DNA from: Oopsacas minuta
Lineage: Eukaryota > Animalia > Porifera
Reading direction: 5' to 3'
DNA length: 64,000 nt
Assembly: GCA_024704765.1 (NCBI GenBank)
Contig: JAKMXF010000244.1
Span: 611,905-675,904 of the forward strand
Shown: piece by piece, positions 11,250 through 24,077 of the stretch
Numbering within the stretch: position 1 is the first letter of the stretch
Layout: the number at the start of each line of letters is the position of its first letter
Notes under the pieces: model-generated
What the model was told of the DNA's origin: nothing
Databases searched by the model: none
The model's input: only the letters and a program-made list of their open reading frames with translations
Program-made: the position numbers and the translations under genes

Positions 11250-12560
11250 CCCACAATTGGGTAGATGACACAAACAATATAACTTTGACTATATATCTGA
11301 TCTTAGATTAGTAACCAGACGATATCGCAATACTATGCTTTCTAGCATAGGAAAATTTAACTGTTGAAACAATCAGTTAGGTGAGATCTCATTATTGACT
11401 GTTTCTAGTAAACTTGGATTGGGTCGCCTCCGGTTGCTATTGTTAGACCGACTGCAGTTGCAAGTAAACCACAATCCGCCCCACTTCTTAATTTCCCATA
11501 TAGAAAGGCCAATTGCAGAGCTAATTTACCAGTAATTCTACAGAAGATAGCGAATCATAAAAGAAGCATAACATATTTTTAGAGGATACGCATATTGGTA
11601 GAAATACAATTAAAATCAGGATAGGAAAAGGGCTTCTATCACATTATTGATTTAACCAGTTATTGCCAATAGTTTTTCAAAATGTGTACAAAGTAAAATT
11701 TAAGAAAAATACTTCTGTATATATATCACAAGGGTGTGATACTCGAGTCTCCAGTTTGTGATTAGGAGAACAATTAAAAGTGTTCACATACTAAGGGGAT
11801 AGATGTCAGTGGAGATAATTTCGACGAATAAGCCACAATCTTCTACATCACGAATGTATCGTCTTTCTACTTCTATGTGCGTCTGATCTCAGGAGATACA
11901 GACGCACATGGAAGTAGAAGGACGATACACGACCACTTCTTGCACAAGCTAGATACCATAATAGCGAAGGTAGTCTTAGAAGGATCATCTGTATCTAGAT
12001 TAGAAGCAAACAATCTTCCTCTTTTATACAAATATCTGATTTAACGTGAATATCATCTACTTGTATAATCACATGCCTTAGTTATGATAAATTCCTCGTG
12101 TAGATTGCTTTATATACGTGAAGAACTCGTTTACAAGACCAAAAGATGAATATTACTTCTGCAATGTATTGGAATGAGGAAGAGATATGCAAGACATGCG
12201 CTGAAGATGGTGATAGGCTGTAGAGAGATGGGATATGTTTTTAAGAGACAAAATCTGTGACAGTCCGTTATATCTTCGTCTATTTTTGGGACAAGACTGT
12301 TTTGGAGCTGGCAAAGAACAAATTGGAGCCTAGAAACCTTAGGGCAAGGGATTAAGTCATCACAAGATTCAGAATCGCACTTGTTATCAATGACCTGTGG
12401 ATATGGTTTTCAGCAGTTGCAATACAGAAATATCACTAAAAACCGATTCAAGTTGTCGAATATCACATAGAGTTTCAAAAGGAATTAAGAAACATTCTCC
12501 TCAGATTGCAGGGTTTGCAATTATGCATCAACCATAATTAAGTTCTGGTGGTGCTTATGT
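11250..12560 (-). mobile_element. Degenerate P-element/THAP9-like transposase core
   Basis: Minus-strand fragments RHVIIQVDDIHVKSD, KTTFAIMVSSLCKKWSCIV, IRDVEDCGLFVEIISTD and FVHILKTIGNNWLN. Confidence 0.7.
11855..11929 (+). repeat. 31-bp near-perfect hairpin inside the P-element remnant
   Basis: tgtatcgtctttctacttctatgtgcgtctg / cagacgcacatggaagtagaaggacgataca, with two G-U wobbles on +. Confidence 0.9.
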
Positions 12561-12632
12561 GATTATATTAGCACTGTAGTGTATTTACCTTGAATGTTGA
12601 CTGTAATTCTATTGGTCAATAAGCTCTATTTA

Positions 12633-13984
12633 CAGGGTGACCCATAAATGCTGTTACTCATTGATTTACTCTAAATACCATAATATTGTTGTAAATGCTT
12701 TGAAATTTTCACTATACCCTGTTTGATAAATACTCTAAACATAAAAATTCATCATTCAAATATATCACCCTTTGCACTGATACAGCTCCTAAGACGTCTG
12801 ACAAACGAGTCTGTTCTACACGCGTAGGTGATCCTCACGAATTCTTTCCCATTCTCGAGTCAGGGTTCTATTTAACTCTTCAATACTCTGGTATTTTTTC
12901 GAGTTAATCTTGTCCTCCAATATCGACGAGATTGAAAAGTCAAGAGGATTGAGATCTGGAGAACACGGGGGTATTCTTCGGATGAAATTAACCCCGGAAA
13001 ATTGGCTATGCACCAAGCCTGTGTGTCTTTAGCCTTATGGGCAGAAGCAGAATCCTGTTGGAAGGTCCATTCTCTATTACCAAAGTGATTTTTGGCCCAT
13101 GGCTTTACTACAGCTTCGAGAATTGTGTTAATATTAAATTTCTGATTAATTTTCACCCCATGGGGATAAAAATCAGCGGTGTCCGACCATCTGAAGTCAC
13201 CCCAACCCAAACCATCACAGAAGCTGGCTTTTGGTTCCTAGAAACTCGAAAAGTGGCCTGGGGCTAGTCTATTGCTATCAGTAGCGAGAATTCTGTTCTG
13301 TTTGTTTATAACCTGGGGCCTTATTAACTAAAATTCTAAGAATTTTAGTTAATAAGGTCCCTGTTCTACTGTGAATAATTTCTCATCACTAAAGGCAATT
13401 TGTTTGTGACGTCCATCAGTGAAATGGGATATCATGGCTTTGCATCTTTTCAGCCTTTCTTGTTTGTTTAGCTGAGTGAGGAACTGGCGTTTGTGTAATT
13501 GTATGCTTTCATTCCTAGATCATTACGAACTAGTCTGCGCATCGATTCCCTGCTCGTATTAATTTCCTTAGCCATCTTCCTGATGCTCCTGGCTGGATTT
13601 CGGCGGATTCTCTGGGAAACATTTTTGGTCACAGAAAATGTCCTTACAGTTCGAGGTCGGCCAGGTCGAGGTCTGTCAGCAATGCTTCCTGTATCATTGT
13701 AACGGGACAGAGTGCGAGATACGAATATTTTGTTCGTTTTGAGCAATCTAACAATTTGGCTCCTGGTGTTTCCTGCTTCAAAAAGTTGGATAACAGCTGA
13801 TCTTTTGGACTCCATTAGTAAAAGTAGGCAAAATACAAATTATTAAAACTAGAAATGAAAACTGCGTTTAGGATGAATATATAGGCATGTTGGAAAAGAC
13901 AACATCAAACGAGTACTAGTAACACTCATAAAAAGAGACTATGGTATACAAATATCTTGGTAACAGTATTTATGGGTCACCCTG
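12633..13984 (-). mobile_element. maT (DD37D) Tc1/mariner element, frameshifted
   Basis: 25-bp TIRs CAGGGTGACCCATAAAT.CTGTTAC with TA flanks. ORF pieces 13468-13815 and 12816-13210 contain FQQDSASAH and SPDLNPLD. Confidence 0.92.
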
Positions 13985-14315
13985 TACTGTTTATACTGGG
14001 CAATATTTCAAAATTATCTTAGAGAGTATTTTCCATTTGTTAAATGAGGGTAAATAGGGACGTATAATTTGATTTAGACACTCTCTAATATCAAACACGA
14101 ATACCATATTTCCCTGAATAGGGTCCAGCCTCTTTTCGTGGGGACTTTTTCTTCCAAATATATTGTTAATTTTCGAAAATAGGGCGTTCAATAAGTCTTG
14201 CAGGTAAATTTATAGAACAGGCTACAACACTATACACACCAATTCATTACATTATTGATTTAAGGTAATCCCCTCCTGCAGATACACAAAATTTTAACCT
14301 TTCCGCTCTCTTTTA

Positions 14316-15621
14316 CAGGGTGGCCAATAAGTTCTGACCCAAAATTAAAAACTTACCATAATGTAAGATATGTAAGTATTCACTATTTATGATGAATTAT
14401 ATCTTGAGTAGACATTTATCTACTATCATCTAACACCTTGAATGCATATTAGCCCACACAAGATTTTTTTCACAATGAATCAGGAAAGAGCAGCAATAAT
14501 TGAATTAGTTTATAATGGAAAATGTCCAGGAGAAATTTTGAAACTGCTCCATATCCCTAAATCGAGAAGGAAAATCATTTATCGCATTATTCAACGTTAC
14601 AATAAGACTGGGGGCATAAAAAATATGCCAAGAAGCGGTCGACCAAAGTCGGTAACAACTCCGAGGCTGAAAAAGTTGTGATCGATAGAATAAGGCGAAA
14701 TCCTCGATGATCTCTCCGGAAAATGGCCTCTGAGCTCAAAGTTTCGCATGGATCGATGCAAAACCTTGTGAAAAACGACTTGCACCTCAAAATCGTTTAA
14801 AAGAAGAACAATTCACTTCCTTTCTGAGAAAATTGTGAAAAAGAGACTTGCCAGAAGCAAGGGAATGCTGACTTGGCTCGCAACTCAACCCCTGCAGAAT
14901 ATCATAATTCTGACGAGAAATTATTCACTATAGAAGAAGCGACTAATAAGCAGAATGATCGAATATTAGCCCACACGCCTTCGCGCATCACAAAAAAGCA
15001 TCTGTATGTCAAACGGACACAAAAACCTCGGTCGGTAATGGTTTGGGCCGGAATCTCAGCAAAAGGCCGTACTCCATTGGTTTTTGTCCCAGTAGGGGTA
15101 AAAATAAATTCGTCAACATATCAAAAGTTGATTCTGGAGCCTGTGGTGAAAGATTTGAGCAAAACGATGTTTAACAAAGAGCCATTTCTATTCCAGCAAG
15201 ACGGCGCACCGGTTCACACATCAAACATCTCCCAAAATCGGTTACGGGAAAACATTCCAGATTTCATTACCAAGGAGGAATGGCCTCCATCAAGCCCAGA
15301 TTTGAATCCAATGGACTTCTCAATCTGGTCCATATTGGAGAAAATGCCTGTGCAAAGTCACATTCAAGTGTGGAAGCTCTGAAGAAGTCTTTGCACCGTG
15401 AGTGGGAAAAAATTCCACAGGATAACTTACGAGCCGTCGTTGAGGCGTTCCCCCAACGCTTGAAAAGGGTAGTCGAAAAGAAAGGCGGTACATTGAGTAG
15501 CTACTATCGAATGTATTGATATAGTTATCTAATAGAACTGGAATAAATCTCATTGAATATTGTTTGATATTTTTTGAATTATGAATTTTTATCAATGGGT
15601 CAGAACTTATTGGCCACCCTG
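14316..15621 (+). mobile_element. maT (DD37D) element, frameshifted, nested in mariner A
   Basis: TIRs CAGGGTGGCCAATAAGTTCTGACCC with TA flanks. Motifs SDEKLF, FQQDGAP and SPDLNPMD. Confidence 0.92.
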
Positions 15622-15792
15622 TAAAACACATTTATGTACTCTTCTTCGGGGATGAATTTGAAGTACTGGTACAGGCCCTCTCCGAGTGTTTGTAATGTGT
15701 TAAAATCTTTGCCTTGAAGGTAGATTTTAAGCTTGGGGAATAGCCAAAATCGCAAGGAGCTAGGTCTGGTGAGTATAGTGGATAAGGAAGTA

Positions 15793-17100
15793 CAAGAGTT
15801 GTTCAATAAATAATGATACCTTTTTTCATAATGTATATAGCAAAACTATACTTATCACAATTGATTATCAATGTTTCGATAAATTCCCCCTTTAACTTAT
15901 ACATCGTTTCCATCGTTCTGGTAACTTTTTCAGCTCGGTAGTATAGAATTCTTTAGGGGTCCCGTTTTCCCACTGTTTTATTTCACACTCCAGCCGTTTG
16001 AAATCCTCAAATCTCTTCCCTCGAAGGGGTTTCTTCATCTCTCCAAACAGTTTGTAGTCGCTGGGAGCCAGATCTGGACTATACGGGGGATGAGGGAGGC
16101 ATTCGAATTCTAAGTCGTCAATTGCAGCCATTGTCTTGGAGCTTACATGGGGCCTTGCGTTGTCATGTTGCAGCAATACACTACGTGTCAACTTACCCCG
16201 CCTCTCACGTTTACTCGCTTGACGCAATTCTTTCAATTCGTCAACGTAATAATCACTGTTTATGGTGGTCTTCTCAGGCAAGAGTCGAGGTGTATAATTC
16301 CTTCCCTATCCCAAAATACTGTTGTCATTCTCTTTCCTGCTGATTTTGCGGCCTTTACCTTGATGGGTACAGGTTCATCACGTAACTTCCACTGCTTCAA
16401 TTGAGTTTTGCTCTCTCGTTCATAATAATGAAACCAAGTTTCATCTCTCGTTACTATACGATTCAAAAAGTCTTCCTCTGCCTTGTATCTTGAAAGTAAC
16501 TCTTTGATAACTCTGACCCTTTCGCGTTTTTGTTCTTTTGAAAGAAGTTTTGGGACCCAACGCGCAGTTGCCTTCGATATTTCCAGATCTTCAGTGATAA
16601 TCGAGTGTAGTGTGGCTTTTGATATACCTACCCTCTCTTCTAACTCTCGCAGGGTTATTCGTCTGTCCTCTCCAAAATTGTTTGGACCCTCGATATTACT
16701 GCGGGTTTTTGAGGAAGTCGGACGACCTGGACGCGGGTCATCGTGGAGTTCCTCATCGCCATTATCAAAACGTTCGATCCATCTATATATGGTGGCTTTC
16801 GAAGGACATTCGTCACCGAAAATATCCTGCATTTCACGAAGAATGTATGAGCCAGTCTTCCCCTTTTCCGCTGCTACCAAATTATTTGTCGTTTTCCTTC
16901 TTTGCTAAAATCCCTTAGTTGAAAAAAGTAGCCTATACAAATGAAACTTTATACTGAAGAATATGCTAACAGAGGAAAGTGTATATTGTATAGAAGTTAG
17001 ACAATCAAGTTCGGCTTGTAATCTGATATTAGGCTTAGCGCTGTATTAACAAGAATATGAACTCGATACATTAGTCTCATTACTTATTGAACAACCCGTG
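15793..17100 (-). mobile_element. DD34D mariner (element B), one frameshift, nested in mariner A
   Basis: TIRs CA(C/A)G(G/A)GTTGTTCAATAA.TAATGA with TA flanks. ORFs 16260-16880 and 15892-16281 contain WVPKLL, DETW, HDNARPH and YSPDLAPSD (34 residues between D2 and D3). Confidence 0.92.
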
Positions 17101-18524
17101 TAATTCTAACCCTTCTACATCTAAGAATTTTGGGTTAGCTTAGCTGTATGGAACTGGCGTTATCAATTAAAAATCTTCATTCCTCGAGTTCCGGATTTCG
17201 GGCGATACTATTCTTTATATTTATATCAAGTTTCGAAGCACTTGCTCTGTAAAGAGAGTAGTAGTAACAGCCTTGCCACTCTCACAAGGTAATTGCAAGA
17301 CAATTCCATGACTACTGAAGAAGGTGGTATACATAATCTTAGGTTTTCTGAAGTCGGGCCTAGGAATTTTCGCCGGTTGTTCGTCGCCCCTCACCCATGA
17401 TCGCTTCTTATACTTGCTACATGGTGTTGAATAGTATACCCACATCTCGTCACCAGTATAATCTCTGTTTGGAGTCTAGAATCGCAGTTCTCATAAGTTT
17501 CCAAGAGTTCTTGGCAATATCAGTCGTACCAACCTTTGATTCTCACTTTGCTTATGCGGGACCCATTTCCCACAAATCGATCGGTAGCCAAACTCAGTGG
17601 TCAGAATTGTATGAATAGCTCCCGATGATATCTCCATACTTTGTTCTAACTGATTGACAGTAATGCATAGTTTTTCATGGCCGTACTTTCAATGAGTGCG
17701 ATATTCTTTGAATTAGTGGCGGGATACAGGTATTCCAGATTAGGCAAATCTGTGACATCAGCATCACCAGACCTAAAACGGGTAGCCATCGCTCTACAGT
17801 AGATCTGGAAGGGCTATCCACGCACAATGTCTCCTGTAACTCGCTGAAGATCTGTACGGGCTGGATCTTGAGTTTTGTGCAAACTCTATGTAAGCTCGCC
17901 ATTTGAGGTTGAAATTATCATCATTTGAAGCCATAAATTAACAGTAGGTATGAATTGACTACGCGTAATTATCTAAAAAAATCATGATTTGTATTGAATA
18001 AGCTTGAAACCTTCAGTTTTATAAAGTTTAACTATATGGGCTTATAATATATGAAAGTTAGATATATTACTTGACTAATTCCTGAGATATACCATGACCC
18101 GCAAGACTTATTGAATGCCCTGATGACAAAGATTTGGGGAAACTAATTATCCTAATTTGTAGCATAGCTGCATAGTCAAATGTGGCGTAGATTTCAACAA
18201 ATATATTCTTCTAGTGTGTAGTAATAAAATATTTTCATAGCTTTTGGAGCTATTTTCTGGTCTCCGGTGCTTATTTCAACCCCCTATTTCAGTGAAAATA
18301 CGGTAGTTACATATAATTTGTATTCCTTAGCTAATATGGATATTTGGTAGAATAATATACGTAGTTTCAATAATTCACTGAAATTTATTGGACCAAATTT
18401 GAGTTGGTACATACCGTAATTTAAAATTTTGTATTTCCGGAAGCAAAACTGGGTGGATAGTAAGGCGGGTAGTGATAACGAAATATCTCTAATGCTTTTC
18501 TTTGTAATTTCCCTTATTTATTAG

Positions 18525-18941
18525 ATGAGCAGGTTATATTTTAGGTCTAGAGCCTTGGATATTCATAAAGCCTTGCCAATTTATCTTAGTTCTGGTATTC
18601 GTGATCTCTCAGAATGTTCTACAATAAATAGAGATGTTCCTTTAATGCCTACGGGGATGGAAAAGGAGGAAGAAAATGAGACACATTTTCAATTAGCACT
18701 TATTGCTCAAAAAAGAAAAATTTCTAATGTTCCGAAATTCGTTTATAAAGAAAACATTATTCCCACTCCTAAAGTGGATTTAGTTACTCTCAGCCACTCT
18801 GAAACTGAAATCAAAATACTTGATGATGATTGTATTTACTTTAAGATAAATTTGTTCGAAGATGTGACTACTGATCACCTTTCTGAATATGATATGGATT
18901 CAGATGATGAAGCATGGTTAAGCGCACATGAGAGTTACGGC
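18525..18941 (+). CDS. EPC1: Enhancer of polycomb homolog, exon 1
   Basis: MSRLYFRSRALDIHKALPIY..INRDVPLMPTGMEKEEENETHFQ..YDMDSDDEAWL matches the EPcA N-terminus. Donor gtaagt at 18942, phase 0. Confidence 0.92.
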
Positions 18942-19559
18942 GTAAGTGAATCTATTAGATTTGTCTACTTAAGTTGTAAAAGTTATGACAATTTGAATTG
19001 ACAAATTTTCTGATCCAATCATTACGTATTGCAACAGGAAATTTCGCAAATTGATATTCCCACCTTTGGCTACAAAATGCTAGGTCAAAAAGGCCAATAA
19101 AATACGGCTATTCCTGCTGCCCAATCATAGCAAAAATATGGGTCCAGTTTTTAATACTCACAAAAGAAAAATTAACCCTCTGATGTAAAACAATCCGAGG
19201 AATCAATTTAGACTACTTAAGGCCTATTATTGCATATCTCAATAAGACTATACTATAGCTAATTGGACACTTATTGATTTTAGCGAATAAATATATTTTT
19301 TGATATTTTTGAACGTTTGTCATGTTTTGAATAAATTTTTCTCAATTATTTCATAATATTCATTTTATCCCATTACTTTTGAATTAGTCGAATAATTCTA
19401 TTCAGTATACTATTCTCTCCTGACGATGTAGACCAACTTTGATTTTGGCTCCACCTACCTAGCGTGTATATTTATTCAACGACGGGTGGGGAGGGGCAAT
19501 TGCTCCACCCCAGGTTTCAACATTAGAATAACTGAAATTAATTAGTAATCAAGGAGAAT

Positions 19560-20880
19560 GTATATTTTGGAAATTCTACAAGGATGAAAGCGTTTTACCT
19601 AGCATGGAATCACGTGCTTCTTCTGCATCATCCACCTTTCGAATACATTATCTAAATTGATTGCTTTCACAATTTCTCTATTCAAGGAAATTGTCATCAA
19701 ATCACTTGCTCGAGTCACTGACAAGTATTAACGTACAATAATGAATCAGAAAAATATCGAATTGCTGGGATATACCCAACGAATTGTAGTTCTAGTTTGT
19801 GTACTGAGTAGTATTCTATAATAATATCAAAAACTAGCTCTGAAAGTTAAATTTTCCCCCCGAATTTTTTAAAGAATCCGCCACTGTATTTATTAATTTA
19901 CAGCCTTCAAAAGTCCATGCACTTTGCCTCATACACAAGGTCCCTCAAAAATCAAAGATTTTCAAAATAATCGATCCTCTTTTTCGATTAATTCATAAAT
20001 TGATTTTGAATATTTATTATTTTCATGTCCAAAGTATAAATTGTGTAATCGTTCTTCCAACAAGCTATCGTCGAACTCTTATTTTGTTTGATTGTAAAGT
20101 AAATGAACATATACAAACATCCTACCATCAATTTGGATAGAATGAGCCTTTTTTCTGCTAACAATATTGAAAAATGCTTAAGTTGTATACATGAAACGTC
20201 ATTGCACAATAGCGCCTAAATTTGATGAAATATTGTCTCTGAACTTTTTATGTAGTCTCTATTGATTCCTTCGGTATTTTAACCTATTATGAAACTTGAC
20301 TCTAATTTTTACTATGATTCGGCAACATCTATAGCCGTATTTTAGTATGCCATGAACTGCCCAATCGTTAATATCGTTATTACAGTAGTCACTTATAATA
20401 ACATTGTTATATCTGGTAAGTTCATTTGACCAGTGTTCTAATAAGTTATTTCCACTGCACATGTGTTCTTATAACTGATAATTTTCAAAAAGAAAGCAAA
20501 GAAATGTGGTTCTTATAACCTGCAAGGTACGATATAGACATTTTTGCTTGGGGAGAAGTCAGTCCATGTACCATACACCCATTTCCAATTATGTAAACAG
20601 TATATTCATTATCAATTCAGGTAAACTTAAAGCATTAATTCTGGGGGATATCCCAGGGCCCTCTCTGTATCAAACATTGATTAGGTGTTCTTAGAATACG
20701 ATATGCCCACTGCACTACTTATTAGCCAAATTGTGACCCCCCCCGAGCAAATTCTTTGGCTCACCAGACGTTCCTCTATATTTCGATATCTTGGCCGCCA
20801 GATTATTACAAATTTTAATTCGTACTCCAATATTTTCCTAACGTATTGGGCCTGCAACATATATAGAAACATACATAGAT
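19560..20880 (-). mobile_element. Highly degenerate hAT-like remnant
   Basis: Minus-strand RYLSVTRASDLMTISLNREIVKAINLDNVFERW resembles the hAT C-terminal dimerisation region. The rest is fragmentary. Confidence 0.35.
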
Positions 20881-20914
20881 TTAGATAAATTAATCACGAT
20901 TCAATAGTATAGAC

Positions 20915-21130
20915 TAACGCGCTTCCCTTTCTGGGTCGCTGTGCTACAACTTAGCGCCTCAGGCTAACTTATGTATTTAACATCGAAATTTGTTGATGCT
21001 ATTGGTCGCTACGCGACCGGATATATTCGGCACTACGTGCTGCTAGGTTAATTTTTTATTATCCATGCTCCATCCAAATTCCATTTAATGGCCTTCTGTG
21101 GTATTACTGGAGCTGCTACAAGGCTTTTGG
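20915..21130 (+). repeat. Dispersed repeat; inverted copy at ~34555-34790
   Basis: Shared blocks ggtcgctacgcgacc.aatatattcgg and catttaatggcctt..tggagctgctac in opposite orientation. Confidence 0.75.
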
Positions 21131-22062
21131 TTAGTAGTCTAAGAACTTCGTGCGTCGAGTATTATGAAATTCTAACAACTGTTTTTGTGCAGCCATGATT
21201 TCGCAATAATCCCATTAAGAGTTTGCATTTTATCAAATCATGAAGTCCGAATGTGTAGCGTATTGTGGATTAAAGTAATTCAAATATTAGTTTCGCGCGG
21301 CTTGCGGACACTGTGTTCGCATGGAGTGCTGCATTTCGCGCCTGGAATTATGCAATGCATTAAAATAGCAACACATTTAGGGACTTCATTTTATGTATAT
21401 TTTACGTGCTCTATTCTTCAGACCCCTGATCTAGAGTATAAAAAATTAGCATATTTCGTTACCCTCCCTACTAATAGTATTGTATTCTTCGCCAACACTT
21501 TCTATATTTAGTATGTTTATTAAATTTTTGAATAAGAATATATACACAAAAGAATAACTATCTAATTTGTAAACGATGTTCTAGTATTTATTCCCGTTTG
21601 GATTCGTCAATTAAACTACTTTCCCTCAATACACTTATATAGGGATAGGTGGAGAAGTATAGAGAGGTGAGAGAAATAGAGTGTAAGAGGATGTGGAATT
21701 TGTGGAATTTGAAAGATAACTCCGTTTTTTATCTTGAAGTTCTCGTGTACGTCTATATTATATAAGGCTATTGATGGCTATTGAAAGATTCAAATGATCG
21801 TTTCCTATATGACGATTAAGACAATGGTGCATTACGCATAGCTTCTGTCATGGGATCACACTCCAGGGGAACATGAGCTGGCTGTGAATGTAAATCTCAC
21901 AAATATTCCAATTAAGAGGGTTGCCATCAATTTAATTAACGGAAATAATGTCAATTCCTGAGATAACTCCAAGCATTCAAAACTCAAGAGAAGTAGCCCA
22001 TTCATATCGTAATTCACTGTAAATACCCGATTGTCGCATTACATTGTAGTGAAAATATTTAC

Positions 22063-22134
22063 ATGCGAGCTAATCGAGAAATTTGTTGCCAGTGGTGATT
22101 TTGGCTGGCAACAAATTTCTCGATTAGTTTGCAT
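22063..22134 (+). repeat. 30-bp stem / 12-nt loop hairpin in the EPC intron
   Basis: 23 bp perfect (22070-22092 / 22105-22127), extended by 7 bp including two G-U pairs on the + (sense) strand. Confidence 0.9.
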
Positions 22135-22189
22135 TTTACTAAGTTAACGAGCCTTTGGCTCGTCGCTTCGCGATGAACTCTGCGCATTG

Positions 22190-22710
22190 CGACTAGAGGT
22201 ATTCAACAGACAAACAACAATTGAGATTTAATTATATTGATGTTGTTATAATATTCAGACTCAGCATACTCGATTACCCCAGTATAGTCGTTGAAAGAAT
22301 GATTCTACCTCAATTTTGAAATTTGTTTACTTTATGTACATAAAAGTAAACAAATATTCATGATATATTGTTTACCTTATCATATCCTGACTCACCATGT
22401 ACAACTACCTCAATATAACCATTGAAAGTATGATTCTACTTCAATTTTGAAATTTGTTTACTTTATATTCATAAGAACAACAATAAATTTACATATGATT
22501 AATCCAAAAGTGTGAAAATCGGATTCAGCATGTTCGATATATTTAGTGAAGTTTTATTGAATTCCATTTACTTCCTTGATAAACACGATAAATACATAGT
22601 TATGCGACAATTTCACAATTGCATACCGCAAATCCTTTCCTTGACAACGGACAAACAAACAAACAAACAGACAAACTATCATTGAGATTTAATAATTTAG
22701 ATTAAAGTGT
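22190..22710 (+). repeat. Non-autonomous dispersed repeat (possibly Helitron-like); related copies near 33870-33990 and 52780-52940
   Basis: 22460-22600 is close to 52790-52940 (tttacatatgattaatccaaaagtgtga..atcggattcagc..ccttg.taaac..gataaatacatagtt). It ends in a caaa/caga microsatellite tail. Confidence 0.55.
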
Positions 22711-24077
22711 TTTTCATATCCAAGAATTATATGGGATAGGGCGCTGAATAGACCATTGCCATCTGGGATGACAGGTTATAGTGAAACATTAACAGCAAAA
22801 ATGTTGATCTACTCCTCTTCTTGTAGTGATGTATAATAGCTGTAGGATTTAACTGGTAGAACGACTGTAATCTTCTATTCCTATACCCTGCGCCAACCTG
22901 AGTTTCATAGCTTACTATTTGACACTAATGTGTCCAATAGTAAGCAATGATCCAACTGTTGTTGAAAACTTATATATAGTAGTAAAATTTGTCAATTGAA
23001 TTTTGCTATTTACATAGTCTTCAAACAATTGATATTTCGAGAATGGCAAGCAGACTTCTCCGTATTCTGGAGATTTATGAATTACCAGATAATTTAGTTG
23101 GTACTTCAAATCGATGAACAATTAGTGGCTCAGTCTCGGGCCCAGCTCTGCCGAGCCCGAGCGCATAGGCGATACGCCACTGATCCAAATTAACTTTCGG
23201 AGATATGCCTATTTTCACATATTACCACAGGGAGAGTAAACAGAATTCAATAATGATTTGATCAGTACAAATTCATAGTGAGAAATTCGGAATCAGCGTA
23301 TTGAATTACCCCCATTTTAGCTGTTTTGACCAATCTCCTACAATTATTCAAAGGTCATATAATCAGGGAAATATATCTTTTAAATGATCTATTGCCAATT
23401 TGAAAATCTTTTATTCATTAATATAATATAATTAATTTAAGTAATGTTAAACTTAGATATTCTATGAATCCATATATACAGCACTTGAAGAACCTATTGT
23501 TTAACTAATAAATATTTAAGATCTATGAACAATAAAATCATTACCGATCACATAGTGCTGTTGTGTGTCAGAATTGCAACCTGTCTGCATATATAATCAA
23601 AGAAGTCATATAACAGTGGTAGTAATTCTGACATGGATTATGAATAGGTATGACACCAGTAATCTAGGTAGCAATTCTGCTATGCAACAGTGCTATAAAA
23701 TAAATATTTTTCATGTACCTACAGCAAATACCCATAACCAATATAAAAATTTTAGAAGAGTACAAAGGTGCAGATTTTTTTTCTCTTTCGAAAGGTGTGA
23801 AAATTTTTGCACCTTTCCTTCGATAATTTTTGCTAGAGGCAAGAAAACAGTTCGACCAGTATGAAATTGCGGAACTTGATGTCCAATCGATTAGCAAATG
23901 GGTAAAGCACACACTACGAATATCTTCAATATTCGCACACCATATATCACCTTAATTCTAGCCAGATTTGGTTGCAGGACGTTCACCTAGAAAAATAGAA
24001 CATCATATAATTGCAACCTGTGCCGAAAGCTTCGTCTATTACACAACTCAACAAGATTTCTCATCAGAGATCACATA

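Larger units (their letters stand above)
14180..18123 (-). mobile_element. Degenerate mariner (element A) hosting two nested insertions
   Basis: TIRs (TC)AGGGCGTTCAATAAGTCTTGC at 14180 and 18123. Removing 14316-15621 and 15793-17100 leaves ~1.33 kb and restores EGLELLPYPLYSPDLAPCDFW and YINVF..KRAERLKFC across the junctions. Confidence 0.88.
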
